Shown here in pieces: positions 18,088 through 27,740 of a stretch of DNA of 64,000 bases. Each line of letters begins with the position of its first letter. The stretch's first letter is position 1. The stretch comes from Granulicella sp. (GTDB lineage: Bacteria; Acidobacteriota; Terriglobia; Terriglobales; Acidobacteriaceae). Under the pieces are notes generated by a model. It had not been told where the DNA came from and did no database searches. It saw nothing but the letters and a program-made list of their open reading frames with translations. A program made the position numbers and the translations under genes. Location of the stretch: NCBI GenBank assembly GCA_027339965.1, contig DAHWNL010000016.1:1-64000 (forward strand), read 5' to 3'.

Positions 18088-18582
18088 TTATGGACGGGTC
18101 CCGGACACACTTCCAGCCTCAGAACCCGCAGGGCTTCCGGGGGAAGAGCCGCTCGCGCTCGGCAGAGTGTAGATGACCTCACCAGAGCGAGTATAGTGAA
18201 GCTCCTCACGCGCTGCGTGCTCAATGGCGTCGGGGTCGTTCTTCAGATGAGCGATGTGCTCGTTCAGACGCTCATTTTCCGTCTGCAACTGCCGCATCTG
18301 CTGCTCCAGCGACCTGGCCTCAGCGCGCTTCTGCACATAGGCGGTAACGCCATTGTGGCCGAAGATGACTCCATAGGCCATCACCACCGCCAGCGTTCCG
18401 ATGCCCACCGTCGCCGCTCGATGCCGCCAGCGATAAGCGCAGTCCCTGGCGGCTGCCGCCAGTTCAGGCAGCCGGATGCCATGTCTCGACTTGTGTGGCG
18501 CCTTTGCCACGCTTCGCCTCGCAGGATGATCAGAGCAACGGCTTGTTCCCCGCCAGAAATCCGCCTGATCGCTACCAGCCAC
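18088..18582 (-). CDS. Septum formation initiator FtsB/DivIC family protein (start uncertain)
   Basis: Single TM ending VIFGHNG, coiled coil, LKNDPDAIEHAAREELHYTRSGEVIY. Confidence 0.85.
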   Translation of the reverse strand: MAGSDQADFWRGTSRCSDHPARRSVAKAPHKSRHGIRLPELAAAARDCAYRWRHRAATVGIGTLAVVMAYGVIFGHNGVTAYVQKRAEARSLEQQMRQLQTENERLNEHIAHLKNDPDAIEHAAREELHYTRSGEVIYTLPSASGSSPGSPAGSEAGSVSGTRP

Positions 18583-18791
18583 CTCCTGGCAGCGAACCTG
18601 GCAACCCCTGCCGGAACCGTGCGGACCCCCGTATCTTCCTTATGAGTATCGCCCATTTTTGCTCAAACGTGAGGCCGCTTCCATCCAGGGAATCAGATTC
18701 GCCCACAGACGCCGTCCTAACCCTCCGGTTGGATTTTGCTCAGAATCGGCGCTATTGGACCTCTCCGGCTTTGTTATCCTAAAACAAGCTC

Positions 18792-18941
18792 ATGCGCGTC
18801 CTATTCTGCATCTCGATGGCGGCCTTGGTTGCGCTTCTCTGGGCCTCGATCGCAATCGCGCGGCATGTATGGCAAGCGCGAAAAAACCAGTTCCGTCAGT
18901 TGCAAGGCGAAGCAACGGTAAAGACACAAGGAAGAACCTGA
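18792..18941 (+). CDS. Small single-pass membrane protein, 49 aa (MRVLFCISMAALVALLWASIAIARHVWQARKNQFRQLQGEATVKTQGRT)
   Basis: Translated by hand (below ORF-track cutoff); hydrophobic helix followed by basic tail. Confidence 0.5.
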   Translation: MRVLFCISMAALVALLWASIAIARHVWQARKNQFRQLQGEATVKTQGRT

Positions 18942-19301
18942 ATTCGCCCCCAGCTAACTGCCAGCCACACATCAATCCACCCGAGGGTGCGCATCACGCG
19001 ACGGAACCCAGGAACACAAAGACTGGAACCCGCAAATTGGAGACCGCAATGCAAACCATCCCCCTTCCCCACTCCCCTGAAGAGGACCTGAAAGGCATCT
19101 ACCCTGCCCTCACCGGGGCTCCCCACTTGCAAGTGGCTTGAGCCCTGGTTGCCGCAGTCTGCTGGCTCCAGTATCGCCAGCCGGCGAAGTTGACCAAGCA
19201 GACTCCCATCCTGCCCTTGCCAGCCGGTAGAAGCGCTCGGCGGGCAAGGACCGGAACCGAATCACCAACAAAACAGCCTTTGCAAAGCAATTGGGAACCA
19301 G

Positions 19302-20156
19302 ATGACGACTGCAACATCAGAAGTACGCGAGATCAAGATTGCCCACAGCCCCGACTCCGACGACGCCTTCATGTTTTACGGCCTGGCTACCAACAAGGTA
19401 CGGGTGCCGGGCTACAAGTTCACTCACACCCTCACCGACATCGAGACCCTGAATCGCCGCGCCATCGACGATCAGTACTATGATGTGACGGCCATCAGTT
19501 TCCACGCCTACCCCTATATTCAGGAAAACTACACCCTGATGGCCTGCGGCGGCTCCGTGGGCGAGAACTATGGACCGATGATCGTTGCAGCGAGAAACTA
19601 CACACTGGACGAGATGAAGAAGCTGAAGATTGCGGTCCCGGGGACCCTGACCACCGCCTATCTGGCCCTGAAGCTCTTCGCCCCCGAAGTGGAGACGGCG
19701 ACGCTCAGCTTCGACAAGATCATTCCAGCGGTGCTCTCCGGAGAGTACGATGCCGGACTCATCATCCACGAGGGCCAGCTCACCTACAGCCGTGACGGTC
19801 TCACCAAAATTCTGGACCTCGGCGTGTGGTGGCGTCAGCAGACAGCCCTTCCCCTACCGCTGGGAGGAAACGCCATTCGCCGCTCTCTGGGCCCCCAGGC
19901 TCAGTCAGTCACCACCAACGCCCTGCGCGAGAGCATTCAGCATGCACTGGATCATCGCGATGCCGCCCTGGAGTACGCCATGCAGTTTGCCCGCGACCTG
20001 GACAGCTCATTGGCCAACCGCTTTGTGGGCATGTACGTCAACGAGCGTACCTTGAACTACGGTGACGATGGTCGCGAGGCCATTCGGCGGCTGCTGGAGA
20101 TGGGCTACGAGCGCGGGGTGATACCGCACAAGGCCCATGTGGACTTCGTAGGGTAG
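19302..20156 (+). CDS. mqnD: 1,4-dihydroxy-6-naphthoate synthase (futalosine menaquinone pathway)
   Basis: HSPDSDDAFMFY, DIETLN, YGPMIV, IAVPGTLTTA, IIHEGQLTY, LPLPLGG, MYVN. Confidence 0.9.
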   Translation: MTTATSEVREIKIAHSPDSDDAFMFYGLATNKVRVPGYKFTHTLTDIETLNRRAIDDQYYDVTAISFHAYPYIQENYTLMACGGSVGENYGPMIVAARNYTLDEMKKLKIAVPGTLTTAYLALKLFAPEVETATLSFDKIIPAVLSGEYDAGLIIHEGQLTYSRDGLTKILDLGVWWRQQTALPLPLGGNAIRRSLGPQAQSVTTNALRESIQHALDHRDAALEYAMQFARDLDSSLANRFVGMYVNERTLNYGDDGREAIRRLLEMGYERGVIPHKAHVDFVG

Positions 20157-20656
20157 GCCACGTCCGGCCGATGGGCCGGGGCTTTCCAGATCCGTCGAAT
20201 CCCTCCCATCCCAGGGCTTCACCCTTCGTAGGCGTACTGTTCCGAATCGGGACACAGGGCCGGTTCTGGCTGCTACCGCACCCCTATCCTTCCTCCAGAC
20301 CCGCTCAGAATGGAGGGTCCGGCCGACTTGGACTGACTGTGCCATCCACGGTTGCCGGGTGTACCTGCTTCAGGGAACTGGAAGGCGCAGAAGGGGCTAG
20401 GCCATCTGACCTGCGAGGGGTGTTCCCCTTCCCTCGGAACAACTTGCACCACAGTGAGACCAGAAGAGCGGAAGCCACAGCTCCCAGGAGCCGCAGCCGC
20501 TCGTCGACCGCCAACCCGTTGGCGGATTCGATCCAGCGATCCTGTTCAAAAGACCTGCGGCGGAAAGAACTGTTCGTTCTGCAGGGAAACATCCGCCCAT
20601 CTCCGAAACTCCACGGATCGAAGCCCGTTTCGCCGTACCGATCCGGGGCGGGCCTC

Positions 20657-20684
20657 CCGGGCAAATCTCACCGGGCAAATCTCA
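20657..20684. repeat. 14-nt tandem duplication CCGGGCAAATCTCA x2 immediately upstream of a -35 box
   Basis: Read directly. Confidence 0.85.
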
Positions 20685-20688
20685 CCCC

Positions 20689-20740
20689 TTGACAATCGTT
20701 TTCGCAAGGTGCTAGTTTTTGTTGCGCAATCAATTTCGCA
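20689..20740 (+). promoter_or_regulatory. Sigma70-type promoter (TTGACA 20689-20694; TGcTAGTTT, -10 at 20713-20718) overlapped by two related operator-like 18-mers
   Basis: TTGACAATCGTTTTCGCA (20689-20706) and TGCGCAATCAATTTCGCA (20723-20740). Confidence 0.65.
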
Positions 20741-20828
20741 GGCCGGATCGGTAACGGCGCAAGCAAAGTGCGGCGCTACCCACCGATTCGGCGCCGATTG
20801 TCGACAGTGGTAGCTTTCAGGAGGTTTT

Positions 20829-23800
20829 ATGCCATCGAAGCATGCAGTCTACCGTTCACCGCTCCCGCGTGGAGCGACCGCAAGTTCCTTTCAGGCGACG
20901 AGAGGACTCTTGACCCGAACCGTATGGCTCCTTGTAATAGCGCTTTTCTTTCCCATTCTGTCGCACGCCCAGTTCAATGCGTCCATCCAAGGGAGGGTGT
21001 CGGACCCCACGGGTGCGCTGGTTCCAGGAGCGACCGTCACGTTGACCGACAACGCTACCAACCACCAGCAGACCACGGTGACCTCCTCTGCCGGCATCTA
21101 CACCTTCAACTCCCTCCCGCCCGATCAGTTCACCCTCACTGTCTCCGCGCCTGGCTTCCAGAAGAAGACCATGACCAACATCCAGATTCTCCCGGAGCAA
21201 GCCAACGCGTTCAACGTTCAGCTCGCGCTGGGGACAGCCTCGCAAGCCGTAACCGTCAATGCCTCCCATGCCGGGCGTCTTGACACTGAGACCGCCACGC
21301 TCAGCACAACCATCAACAGCAACGAAATTCAACACATGCCCTCGTTCAACCGCGACGTCTTCCAGCTCCTGCAACTGACGCCCGGAACCTTTGGCGATGG
21401 CTCTCAAGCTAGCGGCGGTGGCACCAACAACCTTCCCGGCACCATGGGCCCAGGAGGATCCTCCAACAGCGCGGCCGGAATCTTCCAGACCGAGAACGGG
21501 CCGCAGATCAATACCGTCGGCGGGCAGTATGAGACCAACGGCATCTCGATCGACGGTATCAGCACCGTCAGCGCCGTGTGGGGCGGGACTTCGGTGATTA
21601 CCCCCAGCGAGGATTCGGTCCAGGATGTAACCGTGGTTGCCAACAGCTACGACGCGGAGAACGGACGCTTCTCCGGCGCGCAGGTGGAAGTGACCACCAA
21701 GGCAGGCACCAACCAGGTGCATGGAAGCGCCTTCTTCAAGGCTTCGCGGCCCGGTCTGAACGCCTACCAGCGTTGGAACGGCTACGTCCCCGGAGTCACC
21801 AGCACCAGCACAGCCGCCTTTAAAGGCGTCAACAGGGATGATGAACGCACCAACAACTTCGGCGGCAGCATTGGCGGTCCTTTCTGGAAGAACAGGGTCT
21901 TTGCCTTCTTCAACGTGGAAGCAAGCCCGGAGTCTGCTCTGACCACCTCCCAGGGATGGTATGACACGTCCCAGTTTGACGCACTCACCCTTCCGTCCGG
22001 CGACATTGCCACAACGTACCTTACCTATCCCGGAGCAGCCGTTTCCACCAACGGCCTGATCCCTGAAACCTGCGAAGACATCGGCCTCGTGCAAGGCGTG
22101 AACTGCCAGCAGGAAGCCGGCGGTCTCGATGTAGGATCTCCTCTGAAGACCGGCTTGGGCACGCAGGATCTTACCTATGGTGGCAGCTCCAGCCAGCCTG
22201 GCGTGGGCAACGGCCTCGATGGCATACCTGACATCGGCTACTACAACGCGATCGACCCAAGCACCACCTCCCAGGCACAGTACAACGGCCGGCTTGACGT
22301 CTATGCCACCCAGAAAGACCATGCCTTCTTCACCATCTACTGGGTACCGGTATCGAGCACCTTCTACAACGGTCCCGTCCGGGCGATGAACCTCTGGCAT
22401 CACGCCCAGGTCAACGATGCGTTTTCAGGCATCTGGAACCATCTGTTCTCTTCGACTCTCGTGAACCAGGCGCGGGCCAACGCCGGCGGCTGGCGTTGGA
22501 ATGAAGTGTCAACCAACCCCCAGGAGCCTTTCGGCTTGCCACAAGACAATATCGCGGCAGTTGGAACTGCTTCCGTCAACTTCTTTGGCGCCCCGGGCCC
22601 AAGCGACTTCGATCAGTGGACCTACGACTACAACGACGTGCTCACCAAGACATTGAGCAAGCAGAACATCAAGATGGGTGGAGAACTCACACGGCTCTAC
22701 TACCTGAACAATCCTACCTATGCGGCGCGGCCCAGCTTTACCTTCGAAAACATCTGGGACTTCGCCAACGACGCTCCCTACTTTGAGAGTGGACAATTCA
22801 ATTCCACCACCGGCGTTCCCTTCGCAAACCGGCAGGACGACCGCATCGACATGTATGCACTCTTCATTCAGGATGACTACAAGATCCTGCCAAATCTAAC
22901 TGTCAACCTCGGACTGCGCTGGTCGGACTTTGGCAGCATGGACTCCAAGGAGAATAACCTTGACGTCGTCGACTTCGGCACTGGAGCCAACACTCTCACC
23001 GATCTGAAGGTGCGTGTGGGTGGCCGCTTGTATAACCCGCAGAAGTCCAACTTCGGCCCCCAGATCGGCTTTGCCTGGCAGCCAAAGAGCTCCAGCAATA
23101 GCATGGTGGTGCGGGGCGGATTCGGCATCAACTATAACCAGAACGAGATCGCCATTCTGGCCAACGGCAGCGGCAACCCGCCGAATGCATTTCAGGCCAG
23201 TTTTACCTGCCCTTACCCCTTTTACACCGGCAATTCCAAAACCAGCAATCCATCCTGCGCAAACACCGGAATCCTCTATGAAACCGCGACGAACGTAAAA
23301 TCGCTGTTCGGGTTCGCTCCCAATCCGGCCACCGAGGGACACTTCGGGTCAAACAATCTACCCACAAATGGGTCGCCCGTCTTCCTCACTGCGTTCCAGT
23401 CCAATCCCAAGACAATCGCAACCTACCACTACTCCCTGGAGACGGAATACAAACTTCCGTACAACTCCGTTGCCACCATCGGCTATCTCGGCAACCAGAT
23501 GCGGCATCTGTTCATCCAGTCAAACTTCAACGTCATCGCCATGGGCAATGGCATTCCGATCAATCCTGCGACCAACTTCGTCGACTTCTATGGCAACAAC
23601 GGCCTGGGTAACTACAACGCCATGGTAGTCACCCTGGCCCACAACTTTGCCGATAACTTCAGCCTGCAGGGTCAATATACCTGGGCCAAATCAATGGATG
23701 AAGGCTCTGGCCCGTACTACGAAGATCCCTACCCCTACGATACAAAGGCTGCCTATGGCCGCTCAGACTACGACGTTCAAAATGCCTTCAAGGCGTTTGG

Positions 23801-24428
23801 AATGTGGCAGCCGGTGTTCTTCCATAACAACGGCCTGCTCAAGAAAATCCTGGGAGAATGGTCGGTAAGCGGAATCTGGAACTGGCATACCGGCTTTCCC
23901 TTCACTCCGATCTACAACACAACCGTGGCTCCGTACTATCAGGGCGCTGGTTATGGGCAACTGCGTCCGGCTGAGTATCTGGGCGGAGCTGGAACCAAAA
24001 CGAACAATAGCGTATTCGAGGGAGAAAATGGAGCCGCGAATCCCAACTATGGTGGAAATGCAACCAAGTACTTCCTGGCACCGACCTATGCGGCCGGTCC
24101 AACGTTCCCCGCAACAGCGCCCGTTCCGACTCCAGGAATCCATCGCAACAGCCTCACCGGGCCGCATTATAACGACCTCGATGGCAGCCTGGTGAAGCAG
24201 TTTGGATTGCCAAAAAACAAAATACTCGGAAGTGATGCCATCTTCGAGTTCCGGGCGGACATCTACAACGTGTTCAACAAGATCAACGTCAACGGATCAT
24301 CCATTGACACTCTGGTGGGCGCGGCCAATCCAGACGGCACGGTAGCCTCCTACAACCCGCACTTTGGGGTTGCAACCGGAGCCTTGGGCAGCAGAACCAT
24401 CCAGCTTCAGGCGAGATTCAGCTTCTAA
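20829..24428 (+). CDS. TonB-dependent receptor, Oar-like, with N-terminal carboxypeptidase-regulatory-like domain
   Basis: IQGRVSDPTGALVPGATVT, YDAENGRFSGAQV..TTKAGTN..HGS, FIQDDYKI..NLTVNLGLRW, C-terminal IQLQARFSF; AGGAGG RBS. Confidence 0.93.
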   Translation: MPSKHAVYRSPLPRGATASSFQATRGLLTRTVWLLVIALFFPILSHAQFNASIQGRVSDPTGALVPGATVTLTDNATNHQQTTVTSSAGIYTFNSLPPDQFTLTVSAPGFQKKTMTNIQILPEQANAFNVQLALGTASQAVTVNASHAGRLDTETATLSTTINSNEIQHMPSFNRDVFQLLQLTPGTFGDGSQASGGGTNNLPGTMGPGGSSNSAAGIFQTENGPQINTVGGQYETNGISIDGISTVSAVWGGTSVITPSEDSVQDVTVVANSYDAENGRFSGAQVEVTTKAGTNQVHGSAFFKASRPGLNAYQRWNGYVPGVTSTSTAAFKGVNRDDERTNNFGGSIGGPFWKNRVFAFFNVEASPESALTTSQGWYDTSQFDALTLPSGDIATTYLTYPGAAVSTNGLIPETCEDIGLVQGVNCQQEAGGLDVGSPLKTGLGTQDLTYGGSSSQPGVGNGLDGIPDIGYYNAIDPSTTSQAQYNGRLDVYATQKDHAFFTIYWVPVSSTFYNGPVRAMNLWHHAQVNDAFSGIWNHLFSSTLVNQARANAGGWRWNEVSTNPQEPFGLPQDNIAAVGTASVNFFGAPGPSDFDQWTYDYNDVLTKTLSKQNIKMGGELTRLYYLNNPTYAARPSFTFENIWDFANDAPYFESGQFNSTTGVPFANRQDDRIDMYALFIQDDYKILPNLTVNLGLRWSDFGSMDSKENNLDVVDFGTGANTLTDLKVRVGGRLYNPQKSNFGPQIGFAWQPKSSSNSMVVRGGFGINYNQNEIAILANGSGNPPNAFQASFTCPYPFYTGNSKTSNPSCANTGILYETATNVKSLFGFAPNPATEGHFGSNNLPTNGSPVFLTAFQSNPKTIATYHYSLETEYKLPYNSVATIGYLGNQMRHLFIQSNFNVIAMGNGIPINPATNFVDFYGNNGLGNYNAMVVTLAHNFADNFSLQGQYTWAKSMDEGSGPYYEDPYPYDTKAAYGRSDYDVQNAFKAFGMWQPVFFHNNGLLKKILGEWSVSGIWNWHTGFPFTPIYNTTVAPYYQGAGYGQLRPAEYLGGAGTKTNNSVFEGENGAANPNYGGNATKYFLAPTYAAGPTFPATAPVPTPGIHRNSLTGPHYNDLDGSLVKQFGLPKNKILGSDAIFEFRADIYNVFNKINVNGSSIDTLVGAANPDGTVASYNPHFGVATGALGSRTIQLQARFSF

Positions 24429-24454
24429 CATCCACCTGCGTTTACCTCCTTTGC

Positions 24455-24490
24455 AGAGGGTGCGTGACCCGCATCCTCTTTTCTTTTTTT
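24455..24490 (+). terminator. Rho-independent terminator
   Basis: AGAGGGTGCG-tgacc-CGCATCCTCT stem followed by T-rich run. Confidence 0.85.
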
Positions 24491-24744
24491 GAACCGCCTT
24501 CCCTTATCCACAGCCACTTCGAGCGCAGATGATTCAAGCACTCGATCTTCCTATCCGCTCTAACGCCGGGACCCCGGCAGGCTCGCCCGCTAAGGTAGTC
24601 GCTGAGCGCCACAACAAGCTTGATTCGATGGGTTCATGGGCAAGGGGAAGAGCCGCAGGCGCTTCCATGCACGAGCGATTCCCTCACGGACCGCAGCCCG
24701 ACTTCGTCCACCCGCCCACGGCTGGCACGACGCCGCCTGCGGTT

Positions 24745-25176
24745 TCAGCGGGCGTCCGCAGGCTCCCGGTTCGCCGCCGAATCGTCCGCGAAGGTGCGCT
24801 GGAAGTCCGCCGGGTGAGCCTTGGCCGGAGGCGCACTTCCCTTGCGCTTGGCGCGAAGATAGGCGATCAGGTCGTGGATCTGAGAAGGGGTCAGCATACC
24901 TCCAAAGGCGGGCATCATCATGCCCCCATCATGAATCTGACGCCACATCTGCTGCCTGGTCAGGCGCTTGCGCACCAACTGAAGATCCGGCCCTCGGCCA
25001 CCGCCCACCCCTGCCGGGCCGTGGCAGTGCGCGCAGCCACGCTGGGCAAACAACTCCGCGCCACGCAGCTTCGCCGTGGAGCTGGCAGCCATCTGCGTGG
25101 GAGCGCACAGAATCAGAGAGCTCACTGCGATCCAACCCGCGACAACAACCTTGCTGGAGGAGATTGACATCCGCAT
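24745..25176 (-). CDS. Exported mono-heme class I cytochrome c
   Basis: GAELFAQRGCAHCHG...GPDL, MPAF, LIAYL. Confidence 0.88.
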   Translation of the reverse strand: MRMSISSSKVVVAGWIAVSSLILCAPTQMAASSTAKLRGAELFAQRGCAHCHGPAGVGGGRGPDLQLVRKRLTRQQMWRQIHDGGMMMPAFGGMLTPSQIHDLIAYLRAKRKGSAPPAKAHPADFQRTFADDSAANREPADAR

Positions 25177-25183
25177 CGTGGCC

Positions 25184-27493
25184 CTACTCCCGTTCGGAGG
25201 CCACCATCGTGGCCCGTTTCCCGCTTCTTGCCGGCGCCGGCGCGTTATCCGCAGGATGGCTCTGCGCAGGAGTCACCTCTATCAGATTGTGCACGTGCCA
25301 GGGGACGCTCTCCCGAGCGACATTCGGATGCTTGCGCAGGTAGTCCAGAGCAAGGGTACTCGCCGACGGATCTTCTTTCTCATCGGCGAACTCTGCTTCC
25401 TGGACCTTCGACTTTGCTCTCATCCCCAGCCTTCGATAGAGAATCGCAAGATTGTAGTGTGCCGACAGGTCATCGGGATCGATCGACTGCACAAACTCAT
25501 ACTCCGAACAGGCCAATTTGTACTCGTGATCCTGATAGTAAGAAAATCCCAGCTCTCGATGAGCGTCCAAGGATTGCGGAAATTGGGCGATCACCTGCTT
25601 TAAATCCGCGATCGCCTCACTCACCTTGCCCTGGTTGCGTTGCACCAGAGCCAGGTAATAAAGAGCCCTGGCGTTCGCCTTTGACAGAGAGAGAGATCTC
25701 TCCAGATAGGGCTCCGCCTGGTTGAACTTCTCCCACTGGATCAGAGTGATTCCGATATTTGTGGGAGCGTCTGCATAGCCGGGGCGCAGCGCCTCTACCT
25801 GCTTGAACGCCCTCATGCTCGCAGCAAACTGCTGGGCGTCCAGCAACGCAATGCCATAGTTGTTCCAGCGCATCCACTCTGGATTCTCGTCCGGCAGCGG
25901 CTTGGCGGCAGGGTTCAGGCCCACGCGTAGCGTGCGCGTGGTACTGCTCATTTGGATCACCGGCTCCGCATAGTGTTGTCCCTTCGGCACCTCCATCGCG
26001 TGATCAATGAAAAACTGATCGAACCGTCGATAGCGCACCGCGGCAGTAACGGAAACGGAGTTGCTGCCGTGGGGCATTTTGAAGGCGTAGCGAACCAACT
26101 GGGAACGCCCGGACGAAATCGTGTTGTTGAAGGCGACCACATGCGTGTCCCAAACCTCATGCAGGTGATTGAGCTGCCCATCTCGATTGATGAGCCGATT
26201 GGTGAAGCTATGCGCCGCCGGATCCAGAGATCCGTTCGGCTCCAGAAAGCCGCTTCTGGCGATCACCGCGCCGCTTGCGTCCCGCACCGTGAACGCAACC
26301 CATGCCTGATAGAAGTCCCTCTGCTCGGGAACCAGGGTATGGCCAATCCCCTTGTTCTGAATCACCACGGAGACAGTGACGCGCTGGCCGGCATGAAGCG
26401 TGAACGGCTCGGCTCCGAGCGGCGCGATCAACTTCGGCTGGCCCGGCAATGCCGGATCGGCTTCCAAGGCAAAGATATCGATGTTCAGCGCCTGATTTTG
26501 CAGGAACTCCGTCACCTTCTTCATCTGCTCATCGAAGTGGTAGTAGGAGGGGATGAGCGTGTTGCCACCCACCCAGCGATGCGAGGCAAGCTTGCCATCC
26601 TTGGCTCCGGAGTCCGGCAGTGAGGTCAGCGCCTCCTCCGGCATGTGGCAGGTCTGGCAGGTCGAGACCACCGGCTTGGTATAGAACGGCAGAGGAGACT
26701 GCTGCGAGAAGGAAGAGCTTTGCCACTCATCATAAACGGTGAAGGCTCGCTGCCATTTATACAGGTTCAGCATGCGCGGCAGAGCGGCCTTGTGACACGC
26801 CTCGCAGAACTGCGGCGTGCTGTAAAACGGCTTCATCACCGCCGCGTCATGCCGGTCCAGATGGGCAAGAATCTCCGCATCCGGCACCGGACCGACGATC
26901 GGTTTCCCACCGGAATCCAGCAGAACCGCGGGCTGAGCGAGCACATAGCCTCCCGTCCCGTACCTGCTCACCGACTGAATGGAGTGGCAGATCATGCAGG
27001 TGATGCCGTCTTCGTCGTAAGGCCGTGTGCGGGGCTGTCCATCGGTGAGGGCTCCGGCCGCCAGCGCCACAGGATTATGGCAGCCCTCACAGTGCCTTGA
27101 AAAGCTGATCCCCCTCTCATCGTTCAGCATGTTCACGCTGTAGAGATACCAGGGCGGGCGAACCGAGTTCGAGTGCGCCGACTCACGCCACTCGGCATAA
27201 GACGCCTGATGACAATGGCCGCAGTACTCTGCCGTTGGGATGCTCTTGGGATCAAGAAACTCCCCGTTGGCCGTGGTCATATTGGAGGGCAGGAAGGGGC
27301 GGCCTGCGCCAAAATCGTAGTTGTAACCCGCCGCGATCTTCTGGCTGTAGGCCGCGCGAGCCGCCGCATCCAGAGAACTCCCGGCCTTGGAGCCGGTTTG
27401 CCCACTCATCGCCGCGCCAGCAGAGATCAGGACCAGAACCGCCGCCGCGAGACTGCGCCTTGAACGAAGTTGGGAGGAGAAATCAAGCTGCAT
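25184..27493 (-). CDS. Exported penta-heme (c554-like) cytochrome c with C-terminal TPR repeats
   Basis: CGHCH, CEGCH, CMICH, CEACH, CQTCH; Y.EW..S.H motif; WNNYGIAL/AHYNLA TPR helices. Confidence 0.88.
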   Translation of the reverse strand: MQLDFSSQLRSRRSLAAAVLVLISAGAAMSGQTGSKAGSSLDAAARAAYSQKIAAGYNYDFGAGRPFLPSNMTTANGEFLDPKSIPTAEYCGHCHQASYAEWRESAHSNSVRPPWYLYSVNMLNDERGISFSRHCEGCHNPVALAAGALTDGQPRTRPYDEDGITCMICHSIQSVSRYGTGGYVLAQPAVLLDSGGKPIVGPVPDAEILAHLDRHDAAVMKPFYSTPQFCEACHKAALPRMLNLYKWQRAFTVYDEWQSSSFSQQSPLPFYTKPVVSTCQTCHMPEEALTSLPDSGAKDGKLASHRWVGGNTLIPSYYHFDEQMKKVTEFLQNQALNIDIFALEADPALPGQPKLIAPLGAEPFTLHAGQRVTVSVVIQNKGIGHTLVPEQRDFYQAWVAFTVRDASGAVIARSGFLEPNGSLDPAAHSFTNRLINRDGQLNHLHEVWDTHVVAFNNTISSGRSQLVRYAFKMPHGSNSVSVTAAVRYRRFDQFFIDHAMEVPKGQHYAEPVIQMSSTTRTLRVGLNPAAKPLPDENPEWMRWNNYGIALLDAQQFAASMRAFKQVEALRPGYADAPTNIGITLIQWEKFNQAEPYLERSLSLSKANARALYYLALVQRNQGKVSEAIADLKQVIAQFPQSLDAHRELGFSYYQDHEYKLACSEYEFVQSIDPDDLSAHYNLAILYRRLGMRAKSKVQEAEFADEKEDPSASTLALDYLRKHPNVARESVPWHVHNLIEVTPAQSHPADNAPAPARSGKRATMVASERE

Positions 27494-27740
27494 CCTGATA
27501 CCTCAAGCGTGGTGAATCATCGCTTCGATCTTGGCCCACGTTGGCCGTGGCATAGGGCCTGCGACTGGAATTCCGCAAATCATTCAAAACAGCACAGCGC
27601 CCGGAGAGGCCGTGCAGCCGCCTGACCCAAGAGCCAGGTTGCCACCCGAAACAACTCCGCAGCTCATGCATTTGAGCCGTCCCTCCAGGGACCCAGCAGC
27701 CGGCCTGGCGGGAAAGACAGGCAACCGCTCCTTGTGTGGC

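Noticed and set aside
20160..20650. Riboswitch, ncRNA or ORF in the long gap before the TonB receptor
   Set aside because: Only a small hairpin near 20508-20525; no recognisable cobalamin/TPP motif; ORFs here look spurious
20856..22403. Long antisense ORFs (also 13306-14658, 34690-35967, 36602-38044, 48579-49895, 55998-57356, 59274-60512)
   Set aside because: Shadow frames of well-supported genes, expected in GC-rich DNA
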